Shown here: in pieces, positions 40,901 to 49,555 of the stretch
Position numbering within the stretch: position 1 is the stretch's first letter
Layout: each line of letters begins with the position of its first letter
IMG/VR virus record: IMGVR_UViG_3300007538_000022
Span: 1-64,000 of that record
Length of the DNA: 64,000 bases
Source: a virus
Reading direction: 5' to 3' (one strand)
Translations under genes and position numbers: made by a program
Notes under the pieces: model-generated
The model's input: only the letters and a program-made list of their open reading frames with translations
Databases searched by the model: none
Told to the model about the DNA's origin: nothing

Positions 40901-42782
40901 AGTCGATGATTCTGCCAACAGCTCCTGAAAGTTTTCCTCTAACTATTTTCCCAGGTATAATGTCTGTATTAATTGGATCTGCTTGGTCAACATGACCATT
41001 ATTGCCATTGGATAAATTAATTTTATATGTAGTTCCACCGTCAATAACACCAGGCGCTCCTAATACTCCAGATTCGATTACAGTTAATACTACGTTAAAT
41101 TTCGCTTCTATTACAGATGCTGCTTGTAAGTCAGGTACTACAGTTTCATTTATATACTGTGTATACTTTGTTTGATACATAGTATCTACCGCAGTATTTG
41201 TTAAAATATAGTCTACTACTAAATCTCTTACAAATTCAATACTAGCAACAGTTTGTACTTTTTGTCTACTAATTGCATTCCTAGAACTAATATTTGAGTA
41301 GTATCGAATGCCAGCCCATCGAGATAAGTAATTAGCATTGTTTCCAGATAACGAGTCTAATGATACACTTTCTAAAATTAATTCTATATCTCTCTGACAT
41401 AGCTCAATATCGTAATTGTCAGAAAAACTTGGATAAGTAGATTTTATAAATCCAATAACTTCATTCACAATAAACACTTTATTTTTTAAAATAAGTGTTC
41501 TAGAATTATTACGACCGGAAATTGGGGAGCTCATTCCTGATGTAATAATAGTCGAATTATTGCTATTATTACCATATGTAATTGTTTGTATATAAGGGCC
41601 GGGCTCGTATGGAGTTGCTAGTATAAGTTCTTCTGCTTTTCTAGCAGCAGCGTTTATTGTTCGATATGCATAGCCGGGTGATCTTCCTTCTCTACCTATA
41701 GGAGTTGACAGTTGACGATCGTCTCCGGATGTGTTTACAAATAGATTAACATTGCTAGTTACTGCAGCATTGTCAACATATAATTTAGTAGCTGCTTGCA
41801 AATCAGTAGCATCGTTAGGAGTTCCTGTGCCGGACAAATCGCCAGGATGATCTGATAAGTACAATGGTCCTTCCATTGTATCTCCTTGGCGCCGTACAAC
41901 TGCATATCTTGGAAGTACAGAATTAGATAACCAGTTTCCTAATAGCGACGGATCGTAGTACAAGTCTGTTAACGTAAATTCTCCAGTTCCGCCAGTTAAT
42001 AATATTCTATTAACATTATTAATAGCATCTTCTGCAGAAGAATATAATCCAATATTGTTTTCATCTTGTATACGTATATAATATATTTCACCTGAAACTA
42101 CACCTGCAGGATCTGAACCTGATGAGTTAAAAATGTAAGCTCCGCCGGTATATTCAGAAGTTAATCCATGATCTTGAATGTATAAATATCCAGATGAAAT
42201 TGTAGATGTAGTTAAAATATAATTACTAGTATCTTGAGGTTCATCACCTATCCTAATTCCACTTCCTGAAATTTGTTTTTTTTGATATGTTTGATCTGCA
42301 TACCCTTTGTTAATAACTAATGCATCTAACGTGAAATCAGTATTATGAACATTGTTAAACAAGTCAATAGCATCAGATGATACTTCTACATTTGCAATAG
42401 CATACGAATTTGCATTAAGTGGGCTTGATAATTCTGCTTTCGGGTCGTTACTTAATTTTGATGAAAGTTGACGTACTATTAATTTTCCATCAACTGTAAA
42501 ATCAAAACCAATAGTATCGGCTGTATTATCTAATGCGCTGTTACTTGCTAGTTCTAAGAAAGTTAATCCTGACCCGTCTGATTTTACAATAACTGCTTTA
42601 TTTTCATTATTATTATATGCATCAGGAACATCGCCTAAATCAGTAAATGATATCTGGCCTCCTATACCAAAAACAGCATACAATTCGTTAAAATTTTCAT
42701 TTACTTTTCTAAATGATTCTCGTATACTATCTCCGGTACCGTCATTACCTTCAACACCGATATCAATTTCTTGTTTTGCCAT
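34923..42782 (-). CDS. Very large tail fibre/structural protein (2619 aa)
   Basis: GNDGTGDSIRESFRKVNENF N-terminus; ATKLYVD/ATKIYVD fibre motifs; C-terminal YADLAENY..GRV.CKV.G..IIGKAL chaperone-like domain. Confidence 0.8.
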   Translation of the reverse strand: MAKQEIDIGVEGNDGTGDSIRESFRKVNENFNELYAVFGIGGQISFTDLGDVPDAYNNNENKAVIVKSDGSGLTFLELASNSALDNTADTIGFDFTVDGKLIVRQLSSKLSNDPKAELSSPLNANSYAIANVEVSSDAIDLFNNVHNTDFTLDALVINKGYADQTYQKKQISGSGIRIGDEPQDTSNYILTTSTISSGYLYIQDHGLTSEYTGGAYIFNSSGSDPAGVVSGEIYYIRIQDENNIGLYSSAEDAINNVNRILLTGGTGEFTLTDLYYDPSLLGNWLSNSVLPRYAVVRRQGDTMEGPLYLSDHPGDLSGTGTPNDATDLQAATKLYVDNAAVTSNVNLFVNTSGDDRQLSTPIGREGRSPGYAYRTINAAARKAEELILATPYEPGPYIQTITYGNNSNNSTIITSGMSSPISGRNNSRTLILKNKVFIVNEVIGFIKSTYPSFSDNYDIELCQRDIELILESVSLDSLSGNNANYLSRWAGIRYYSNISSRNAISRQKVQTVASIEFVRDLVVDYILTNTAVDTMYQTKYTQYINETVVPDLQAASVIEAKFNVVLTVIESGVLGAPGVIDGGTTYKINLSNGNNGHVDQADPINTDIIPGKIVRGKLSGAVGRIIDYKYEAGPRAVSLLETDEIDVQLLEPIEFENGEELEYGNIVRNNHIAIFVESGVYEEDFPIRLPPNVSICGDELRRCVIKPKNRISQSIWADMYFYRDAEFDGMVLGKSNIETITYDAQTDVYRIPGTYTVSSYISEFFGKDAVFRITVGSGGEISNVEILEFGTSFQKDERIFIKDAQLGNNGAADIVLTVTKVPNGVEYINPLTQRVDGYFGRHYLTDPALTKNVGSVYENVGRWVAATEIIRVNKLFLQEQATNYVEYFFPAYVLSGDYSRSIFFKNIGLIIDGLINDLNNGGNEYALELQGKFYDIANRYNATSEINNSIRFINTLLTQLYNAEEPVLTYGTESTKTYDHDISLGIADPFEWAPSTLYKEKEVVKVLASGVYYYYVATKTHTSSLEFDYLESINYWREIDGVYAATENLIDTIVYWFDGEYNPPLNNKDLDVFLLNDATMIRNISVHGHGGFMGVLDPEGQVLTKSPYIQGSSSFSKSSNKQSFSGGIFVDAFVGNTAVQVYEKIDGDPFRIMVQSYGSQAEPQGLFVRRPETPSVFYIDGKRFQVNAIAQYDPDLGIAELKLDYSSNNNLGFSGVTSSLSTGVNLNDLSSPIPITLQTAGNRSILGNDFTNINDLGYGLVVANGALSELVSMFTYYCWASYYSKNGSQIRSLSSSSCYGEYGLVADGFDPNEIPDDIFLAQDMVQSARTFNANVILTLSGGVVVEQGQVLTQVSSGAFGTVVVDSSDTSGSTVIYLINVQGAFDLTNELEITETALGAPTSVALGANSVPVSIDPDGYTNQLEKLFLYAFDFKDVPSSRSEFDIYHETKQIFARYEVANVEKTNACVGRYENVGTSIPVTKDVTNPLANNAVFTIYKTIHNGYSADIISNGTNFTVGDTITVDGNLLGGTSVEHDAIITVTEIDNGDPVALTGIITAFSIAGTIKVEASTPMFDGRVYKLNFSTSETQFSRNGLLENVPYGKIINYRRNQTHIISDIKSQELIAIRPSTAIVFDENTDTVYRSISFLTSDSIGNELPDGTAQVSFDEGYDYIRLIIDSARAQTSELAGSGTTKGATIGDVRLALQPVSDTNEIYRLNNNSKTPEGFRPLGWRPETLVEAPIISWGGKTHYVFNYRGVDSEGNEVPVSENIAYALVDLEDIETINQTDSTGIALPVIYGSENITIRAGLKANQTGNITVGISTCRVTGHDFLDIGTGSYNNTNFPNVIFGSPSEKDSSKEVTEINKGRVFYTSTDQDGVFRAGRFFSVDQGTGTVSFAANIALSDVDGLGFKRGVVITEFSTDTAMADNASDTVPTESAVRGYINRRLGFDTNGNVIVNKIGPGAIAADGSTILTGDLNAGSNTITNLKAPTNDSDVATKIYVDDLILANSSSELLADMNDVDITNISNGQLLISTGYKKIFVISGSIVNGPFEVNDQMVGSVTGAVGTILGTRDFQSLGTNLTEIIYTPVSGVFSDGKPEGDSPAVDTVQVVGGAEAVILSGPVDEWANAVHDNLSDISFTNINTLTVVNNEVTEKYSTINFQIKPNTIVNSDVSATAGIVQSKLLLNAATTRSNATGLTQSELGVASFNSTVFTASNGWISLADNGIDFNKIARIENNKVLGNWANDTGSAHIEQISFSTVVTEGGALLPSNFTTEIPAAQDPGSALVKLSTGTFGISNISITGEANSLVKTNTNGSVHARSLIIGNDSSYEVMSLTGTMLNLKTPSQGLILTAVGGSGGTSPTYPDVTFYGNLSIGDDAGSQSVLQSLSTYNNQSFLSTNWIYSSFIEAQEEKTAASTGIALGAGTGKTTAGQVAIVTANTGSNSSVTPFIFDRTGVKPDTTNVYNIGASNLVYNTVYATLFNGTATTARYADLAENYLADNYYTFGTVLIFGGEYELTTTNIKSDTRVAGIVSENPAHLMNSSLDGNFVIPLALQGRVMCKVVGKVKKGDLLVSSSISEYACAIDSAIPGTIIGKALTNKFDTERGMIEVVVGKH

Positions 42783-42961
42783 TATTTTGCTCCATTAAAA
42801 TCTGTATATTTATTAGAAATATGTTTAATATATTTATCTGGGATGCGTACTTGCTGCATTCTGCAAATACTAGCAAAAATAATGTATAGTAGTTATATTA
42901 TGAAAAGAGATAGGCGTACTTGCACTATCTCTTAATAAAGAAAGGTATTTAAAATTATTTT

Positions 42962-43294
42962 TTATGCAGCAGTACCTGTATCTGTTTTAGATACAGATTT
43001 AGTCTTTGATGCTGTTTTAGACTTAGATGTTGCTCTAGGTTTAGATTTTGCTCTGGGTTTGGGTTTAGGTTTTTCTACAATATTTGGGACTAATTTTTCT
43101 ATAAATTGTATTTTTTCTTTTTTCCACATAGTCCATAAGCTATAACCTATACCAAAGTATGCAACATACTGGGTAAACTCTTGAACAATTAAAAATGCAA
43201 CACATGCTGACAATAATATTAATCCGTCTAATGTAGTGCGTTCTTTAGATCGTTCAATAATCCAATTTTTCATATTAATTAATGTTTGTTTCAT
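42962..43294 (-). CDS. Membrane protein with Lys/Ser-rich tail
   Basis: Two hydrophobic segments then KPKPKPRAKSKPRATSKSKT. Confidence 0.65.
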   Translation of the reverse strand: MKQTLINMKNWIIERSKERTTLDGLILLSACVAFLIVQEFTQYVAYFGIGYSLWTMWKKEKIQFIEKLVPNIVEKPKPKPRAKSKPRATSKSKTASKTKSVSKTDTGTAA

Positions 43295-43334
43295 TATTAC
43301 TCCTTGCTGATGTTATAATCGTATTTAGTTCTCA

Positions 43335-43796
43335 TTATTTAAATGGATTTGTCGAATTATAAGAAAGCAATTCTTTTATGTTAATCCGTTTTGCCTTTGA
43401 TCCAGATTGCTGTGTTATTATGTTTGGAAATTCGTCTTTAGACTTAACTCTATTGTTAGCTGGCAAACGTAGTATTATTGGCATTTTAGATATATTTGAT
43501 TTTTTAATCATAGTAGCTCTTGCTCGTCCTTCATGATCATAAACTTTGCCATCTATAGTTATATCTAAAGTAGGTAACCAATCGCTTGTAAATTTTTCAT
43601 TATCAAATTGCCCGTACTGTAATGCACGGTCTGATGCTTGTCCGTTGCTATCGTCTGCAAGAAATAAAAAGTCATCTGGAGATATTTCAGCAACCGCAGC
43701 CCTAGATCGATCATCTGGATAGACGTTATTCTTAATCTCTTTTTTCCATTGCTGATCTGAAATATAGATTCGATTAGTTATTTCTACAATCTTCAT
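43335..43796 (-). CDS. ParB/Srx-like protein with capsid-targeting-like leader
   Basis: MKIVEI leader; PTL....GKVYDHEGRARA resembles ParB DGxHR region. Confidence 0.45.
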   Translation of the reverse strand: MKIVEITNRIYISDQQWKKEIKNNVYPDDRSRAAVAEISPDDFLFLADDSNGQASDRALQYGQFDNEKFTSDWLPTLDITIDGKVYDHEGRARATMIKKSNISKMPIILRLPANNRVKSKDEFPNIITQQSGSKAKRINIKELLSYNSTNPFK

Positions 43797-44642
43797 TTAT
43801 GATCCAGATTTTGCAGTTGCAGTAGAAGTATTGTTAGCAACAGTTGTATTCATAGAGGAAACATATTTGTTATACTTATTAGTTCGATCGTCTAACCCAT
43901 TTAAGCTACTGTTAATACGTTTAGTTACTTGTTTAATATCTGTAAAATCAGTTACATGTGGTCTTACTCTTTTTTTCCAATACATTATAGCAACTTTTGC
44001 AGCAGTTTCAGGTTCAGATAATTTATTTGCATTTGTCCAAGTACTAGTAAAATCGTCACCTAACAATTTACCCATCCAATTATAGTTCCATCTACCAGTA
44101 AGTTGAAAATAACCTCTACCGATAAATCGTTTTGCATCATTTAAATTTTTATTACCTAAACTTTTATTTTTTAAATAACTTTTAATCCTAGGATTAGTTT
44201 CAACCATTCTAGTAAAATTTTGGCATTCGTGTGCTGCTTGTGCCATAAATGCTGCTAATTCTGTTCCTTTGATTCCAGCTTTTTTCGCAGCATCTAACAA
44301 TGTTTTTTCACTGGGCTGCTTAGTTAATAATTTAACAGTAGCTGCTTGTTTAGTAGTCTTTACTGTTTTAGGCTGATCTGCATTTGATTTAGGTGTACTT
44401 TTAGACACTGAGTCTATCTTGGGAGATTTTTCTTGAGATGTTGGATTTCTAATTTTATCCAATTCTTCTTGCGAATAAGTTTGATAAGTAGGGTCTTTAG
44501 TAAAGTCTGGATGATTATAGTCTTTAACTTTCATTAACCCAGCACCTGCTCCTGCAGTAACTGCTGCACCAATCCCTAAACTTGCTGCTAAATCCTTCCA
44601 ACCTTCGTTAATCATGTCGTCAGTTATTTCTATCATTTTCAT
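43797..44642 (-). CDS. Second GH19 muralytic enzyme, probably virion-associated
   Basis: AAFMAQAAHEC, FIGRGYFQLTGRWNY, VTKRIN..NGLDDR; MINE|G leader and Ala/Gly-rich segment. Confidence 0.82.
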   Translation of the reverse strand: MKMIEITDDMINEGWKDLAASLGIGAAVTAGAGAGLMKVKDYNHPDFTKDPTYQTYSQEELDKIRNPTSQEKSPKIDSVSKSTPKSNADQPKTVKTTKQAATVKLLTKQPSEKTLLDAAKKAGIKGTELAAFMAQAAHECQNFTRMVETNPRIKSYLKNKSLGNKNLNDAKRFIGRGYFQLTGRWNYNWMGKLLGDDFTSTWTNANKLSEPETAAKVAIMYWKKRVRPHVTDFTDIKQVTKRINSSLNGLDDRTNKYNKYVSSMNTTVANNTSTATAKSGS

Positions 44643-44654
44643 ATTGGTATTCCG

Positions 44655-44903
44655 TTATGTTTGCCGTATACTATACATTTTTTTCTCTATTCGACTTAAT
44701 GCTTCGCGTTGTACTCGTAATTGTGCTTCAAGTGCTTGAACATATCGTTGAGTAGGTATTTTTTGAATAACTCCATTTTCTCCTAGTAGCTCAAAATGGT
44801 CTACTCCTTGCCCTTTTAACCCACCTGCAACTCTGTTAGGATTTTTAGTATCAGTGGAAGACTGCTGGTGTTTTTTTCCATACATTGTATTTAAATAATT
44901 CAT
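44655..44903 (-). CDS. Hypothetical protein
   Basis: 82 aa co-oriented ORF. Confidence 0.65.
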   Translation of the reverse strand: MNYLNTMYGKKHQQSSTDTKNPNRVAGGLKGQGVDHFELLGENGVIQKIPTQRYVQALEAQLRVQREALSRIEKKMYSIRQT

Positions 44904-45895
44904 TGTAATTCCTGTTTTTTATCTAAAAGTTGTTTGAGATTATCTCGATAATTTAATAATAACTTGCCGACTAACTTATAAAATCGTTTAAATATTTTAT
45001 ATTCTGAATAATTAGTCTTATCAAAATAAGAAGCATAGTTTGCCATTATGCTACTATAATATTCTTCTTTCATAAAGTTGCCATTTTTAATAAAGATTGA
45101 TAACCGTTTAAGGTAAAATTTTATATCTTCAATACTAGCATAATTAATATTATCTTCAATTAATTCATGTAAGATGTATAATACTGCTTCGTTTGCATAT
45201 GCTGATATTTCTTGTGGACTAGACAAATATAATTTTAAATCATTTTTGTCCCTTTTACCAGACATAATTGAATCTATTGCTTTATTAAAGATTTGCTGAT
45301 CATTAGTTAAATATGATCGATATTCTTTTGATTGTTTATTCTGTTTTAAATCTTGTTGCATATGTACTAATTCATGTATAAAAACATAAATTAGTTTTGC
45401 AACAGAATTACTTATTTTGTAAATAGGACTTTTAAATTTAATAGATTTAATAGTTTTGTATGCACGTTGGATGTTATGAATTGTATTAGTTTCATCAAAA
45501 TCATTTTGATTAAATAATTCTTGTGTAATACTATTTTTTAAATTTTCCAAAATAGCATCAAGTAAATCTATATTTAATAAAATTTCAGTGTTTGACGCTT
45601 GGCCAGGTACTGTTAAATTTTTTGAAAATTGAATCTCTAATGTATCTGCTAATTCCATATTTAATATATGTTTTGTAAAATATCTAAACTTTTTTATAAT
45701 ATTATTTTTTAAAATCCGTAGTAAAGTTTTATCTAAAAATAAATAAAAATCATCATAAGATATTAATTTTTGATTACTATATTGTTGATAGAATATCTCA
45801 CCAATAGAAGCAACAGTATCATGCAACGCATTGTCAACTAGTGATAACAATTCATCTCTATAATTGCTATATGAAATTACTTCATGTAGTTTCAT
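44900..45895 (-). CDS. HExxH zincin-like protein, paralog 1
   Basis: FIHELVHMQQ, YLSSPQEISAYANE; start MKLHEV after GGAG. Confidence 0.65.
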   Translation of the reverse strand: MKLHEVISYSNYRDELLSLVDNALHDTVASIGEIFYQQYSNQKLISYDDFYLFLDKTLLRILKNNIIKKFRYFTKHILNMELADTLEIQFSKNLTVPGQASNTEILLNIDLLDAILENLKNSITQELFNQNDFDETNTIHNIQRAYKTIKSIKFKSPIYKISNSVAKLIYVFIHELVHMQQDLKQNKQSKEYRSYLTNDQQIFNKAIDSIMSGKRDKNDLKLYLSSPQEISAYANEAVLYILHELIEDNINYASIEDIKFYLKRLSIFIKNGNFMKEEYYSSIMANYASYFDKTNYSEYKIFKRFYKLVGKLLLNYRDNLKQLLDKKQELQ

Positions 45896-45967
45896 AATAT
45901 AATACACTCCGATATACGATCAATTAAACTAGCTCTATATTGTGTTAATTGTTGATATACAATTTTA
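45890..45967. repeat. 78-bp direct repeat, copy 1
   Basis: 77/78 identical to 46857..46934. Confidence 0.95.
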
Positions 45968-45977
45968 TCGCTGTGAT

Positions 45978-46862
45978 TCATAAATCCCTCTCTTTGTTAA
46001 AATGTGTTGCTAATGATTGGTCAATATAATTGTACGGTTCTTCTCTAGCTGCTGCACGTTTTAAATAACGGTTCTCAGGGTCTATTTTACTAGTATGTGA
46101 TAGCATTGCGCTATGTGTTCCAACTTTAGTAGCACCTACTTTAAATATTTTATCTTCAACAAAACTAACGTACTTAACCTGAGAGTTATTTTCAATAAAC
46201 TTATTAATTACATCGCCTAAAATTTTGATACATTGCGAATATGCAGCAGTGTCAAATGGCATTTTTTGTTTACCAGTACCGTAATATTTTTTCCAGTCTG
46301 CTGTGAATAAGCCGCCAGACTGTTGTGTGTCATCTGTGAATAATCCGGGATTATCATATTGTGGGAAATCCCCCCATAAACTACTAGGAACAATTCCTAA
46401 TGGTTCAGACACTGTTACAAAATAAACCGGATATTTATTATCGTTTATAATTCTGTTATAGCTTTTGTATATTCCACGAGCAGCATTTGCCCATGGTTTA
46501 GTTTTACCACAAGGTACAAATGCTACCATTTTATATTTAGAGGGAACTTCATACTTAACAATTTCTCGATGCCAGTTAGCAATCTCAGGATGCTTAAATA
46601 ATGCAAGTGTTTCGCCAGGAGTGTATGCTGTGAGCTCAGGATTAAGCAATGGATTACTAGCTAGACTACGTTGTACCAACCATTTTCTAAATTGCGGCCA
46701 CATTTCTTTTGAAATATATTTAGGAGAACCTAATTGATCTATTTCTGTTTGAGTGAGGTTGGCAAATGCGTTTTGTTTTTCTTCTGAACTGATATTAGTC
46801 GGTGGGGCAATACTTTTGATAGATATTTTTCCTGCTTCCTGTATAAATTCACTTGCTTTCAT
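45978..46862 (-). CDS. DUF5591/ArcS-like domain protein with capsid-targeting-like leader
   Basis: FVPCGKTKPW, VTVSEPLGIVP, PQYDNPG; MKASEFIQE|A. Confidence 0.6.
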   Translation of the reverse strand: MKASEFIQEAGKISIKSIAPPTNISSEEKQNAFANLTQTEIDQLGSPKYISKEMWPQFRKWLVQRSLASNPLLNPELTAYTPGETLALFKHPEIANWHREIVKYEVPSKYKMVAFVPCGKTKPWANAARGIYKSYNRIINDNKYPVYFVTVSEPLGIVPSSLWGDFPQYDNPGLFTDDTQQSGGLFTADWKKYYGTGKQKMPFDTAAYSQCIKILGDVINKFIENNSQVKYVSFVEDKIFKVGATKVGTHSAMLSHTSKIDPENRYLKRAAAREEPYNYIDQSLATHFNKERDL

Positions 46863-46934
46863 AATATAATTCACTCCGATATACGATCAATTAAACTAGC
46901 TCTATATTGTGTTAATTGTTGATATACAATTTTA
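46857..46934. repeat. 78-bp direct repeat, copy 2
   Basis: Last about 20 codons of 46871..47911 plus RBS and ATGAAA of next gene. Confidence 0.95.
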
Positions 46935-47911
46935 ATGAATCGTTTATAGATAGCAAACTCTTTTTTATTTGCAGGTTTATAGAAAAAATCTCGATACGTT
47001 TGAATAATCTGATAACTTGTTGTATTATTTGACAAGCCTAATATTGCTTGATCCAACTTAAATAAAACATCACGTACAGAATCTTTGTTTTCAAGTGAAG
47101 AATCTAATACAGTACCTAAAATCTCTAAAATAATCCCATAAGCAGATTCTTGTGCATACGCAGCTATTTCTTGAGGACTAGCATAATATAATTTAAATTT
47201 GTAATCAGTGTCTTTGTTTTTCATTAGTTCCGCAAACTTTTTCTTATCCTTCATTAAGTAGGATCTGTACTCAAGTGCGTCTACGTTTTTTTGATAATGC
47301 AGTTGTCTTGAAATTTGGATAAAATGTCCAATTTCATGGATAAGAGTTGTTACAAAAGGAATTGTCACGTCTCGATATTCTCTAAACATAAAATTCCAAG
47401 TATTAAACATTTTTTTCAATACCGAAATCGCTTCACCTACTGTTGGAATGTATGCATCTTCATCTTCTTCTTCTTCTTCATCATCATCGTAGTTAAACCC
47501 TAGACTATCTAGTTCTAACACATCTGTTAACATCATATGCATAGAGTCTATCACAACAGACACCATATCCATTATTAAGCTAATATTAACGACTATATAT
47601 TCATTTCCAACAGCTTTTGCTTGAATTGACGGTCCTAACGCATCAAACCGAACTCTAACTAATGTTTTTTCATATATTCTATTAGACATTGCATCTAACA
47701 TTGTAGAAAAAAGTGAGTCTGGATCGTTAAAGTTAAGTTCTGATCTCATGCTTATAGGGGGTTCTAATAACTCGTCAGTAGGATCGTCTTCCTCTAATCG
47801 ATTAACCAATGCTCGAAGCGTATCGTCCATTGCTTGTAAAATTGCTGCTTTAAGTTTAACTTGCAGCTCTCTATGATCTACTGCTTCGATTATTACATCT
47901 TTTATTTTCAT
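46871..47911 (-). CDS. HExxH zincin-like protein, paralog 2
   Basis: LIHEIGHFIQ, YYASPQEIAAYAQE; MKIKDVIIE|A; acidic tract. Confidence 0.65.
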   Translation of the reverse strand: MKIKDVIIEAVDHRELQVKLKAAILQAMDDTLRALVNRLEEDDPTDELLEPPISMRSELNFNDPDSLFSTMLDAMSNRIYEKTLVRVRFDALGPSIQAKAVGNEYIVVNISLIMDMVSVVIDSMHMMLTDVLELDSLGFNYDDDEEEEEDEDAYIPTVGEAISVLKKMFNTWNFMFREYRDVTIPFVTTLIHEIGHFIQISRQLHYQKNVDALEYRSYLMKDKKKFAELMKNKDTDYKFKLYYASPQEIAAYAQESAYGIILEILGTVLDSSLENKDSVRDVLFKLDQAILGLSNNTTSYQIIQTYRDFFYKPANKKEFAIYKRFIKIVYQQLTQYRASLIDRISE

Positions 47912-47912
47912 T

Positions 47913-48353
47913 TTAGTCCTCAGTATTGAAAAAATCTAAACTTAATACATTGCAATATATTGTTTTCTTTCCTTGAAGATAACTAGCGACAATTCTATGG
48001 TTGCCATCAGCTGCATAGTATATTTCATTAGCAAGATATAGCAAAGGCGGTTCAAAAGAATCGCCTTTATTTTTCACGATATTTTTAATATGCTCGGAGC
48101 TTAGTTTTTCTTCAATACACTTAATAGATTTAATTGGCACTTCCATTCGTGTTCCATATAACATATTCCTTTGTACAAATGGAACGTCAGGATACATATA
48201 TTCATACACTTCGTCGATTATATCCATTGTATCTGAAACAATTTTACCTTTTGCAACTGGCAATGGATTGATAAAATCATATATTGGCTTTTTTTGCTTA
48301 TTTTCTGCAATATAAGATTGCACTACTCCATGTATAATTTCACTTAAATGCAT
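47913..48353 (-). CDS. ParB/Srx-like protein
   Basis: PPLL..YYAADGNHRIVA; MHLSEII..YIAE leader. Confidence 0.65.
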   Translation of the reverse strand: MHLSEIIHGVVQSYIAENKQKKPIYDFINPLPVAKGKIVSDTMDIIDEVYEYMYPDVPFVQRNMLYGTRMEVPIKSIKCIEEKLSSEHIKNIVKNKGDSFEPPLLYLANEIYYAADGNHRIVASYLQGKKTIYCNVLSLDFFNTED

Positions 48354-48425
48354 TAAATATTTCCTATATTTTTAGTACAATGTATTGCACGTTTATTGTA
48401 GATAGAAATATTTATGCAAAATTGG

Positions 48426-49445
48426 TTACATCAACTGATCTTTAAACTTATTATAAAGTTCAGTTGTTGCAAGATTTTTATTTTTTGATTCGCACATAAT
48501 ATCGGCAGTATTTGAAAAGGACAATGCCCATTCATTTACTGTATGATTTGGGTAATTATCACTATGCGCTCGTAACTTTTGTCGTTTACATCCAGACTCT
48601 TTCAACAGTTGCATATTTGGAAAGTCATTTTCAATATGACCAACAAATTCGTGTCTACTATAACTATAATGAATTACCGGTCTTACTCCGTTCCACGAAT
48701 CTATAATACGTAGATATCGACTGTCATTTGGTTTGATATATTCTCCAGTGTTAACAAAATGATGATGAATATCTAATACTAATGCACAATCATTAGCTAG
48801 TTCTAAACTAGCATCGATACCCCATTTATTTTCGTCATTTTCAATAGTTATACAATTCCTTGCTTCAGACGATAGTCTAGGTAATACTTGTTTAATACCA
48901 TCAGGCCCACGTTTACCTGAAATATGAACATTAATTTTAAAATCTTGAAATTGTTTTCCATATCCCATCCATCGAGCAATGTCGGTGTGATATTCAAATT
49001 CTTTAATTGAATTTTCAACAATAGCATCATTATCGCTTGCTAAAACAGTAAATTGACCTGGATGCATTGATAATCTAATATCATTATCTCTTGCAATTTT
49101 TCCAATTTTTGATAATTCAGATTCGCATAGAGATCTAACATCTGATTGTTTCCAAAACGGTTGAAACTGCTCATGAGTGTATAATGGAAGACAATCACTT
49201 CCTATACGATACATTCTTAAACTTTGATCTAATTTTGAAACATATTCAATTGCATTTTTTAATGCAAGTAAGTTATGCTGTGTTAAGTACCATAACCGTT
49301 CATTTACACCATATGCTGTTTGTTCAGATAACCATTTAACTGTTGTAGATTTAAAATTTAAATTAGGTACAGCAACTACTTTATTTTTTACTTTTTCTGA
49401 TATTTTACAAGCAAACCCTAGACGTTTGATATTTTGATTAAACAT
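48426..49445 (-). CDS. uvsE: UV damage endonuclease
   Basis: RLGFAC, RLSMHPGQF, IENDE, VLDIHHH, HYS, AHSD, DIMCESK; start at Met17 of track ORF. Confidence 0.92.
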   Translation of the reverse strand: MFNQNIKRLGFACKISEKVKNKVVAVPNLNFKSTTVKWLSEQTAYGVNERLWYLTQHNLLALKNAIEYVSKLDQSLRMYRIGSDCLPLYTHEQFQPFWKQSDVRSLCESELSKIGKIARDNDIRLSMHPGQFTVLASDNDAIVENSIKEFEYHTDIARWMGYGKQFQDFKINVHISGKRGPDGIKQVLPRLSSEARNCITIENDENKWGIDASLELANDCALVLDIHHHFVNTGEYIKPNDSRYLRIIDSWNGVRPVIHYSYSRHEFVGHIENDFPNMQLLKESGCKRQKLRAHSDNYPNHTVNEWALSFSNTADIMCESKNKNLATTELYNKFKDQLM

Positions 49446-49525
49446 GATTATTTTTTCCAAGTTAGTGAATTGCGCTTGATTGATGTTAAGCATAGAGGTA
49501 ATGTGTACTATACAACATAGTGTAC

Positions 49526-49555
49526 ATTATACTGTAGTTTTTATTGATTTGTCAA
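49526..49555 (-). promoter_or_regulatory. Sigma70-type promoter
   Basis: TTGACA-18 nt-TATAAT upstream of uvsE. Confidence 0.65.

Noticed and set aside
45890-46934. IS element or CRISPR array
   Set aside because: Only two long repeats, no terminal inverted repeats, transposase, spacers or cas genes
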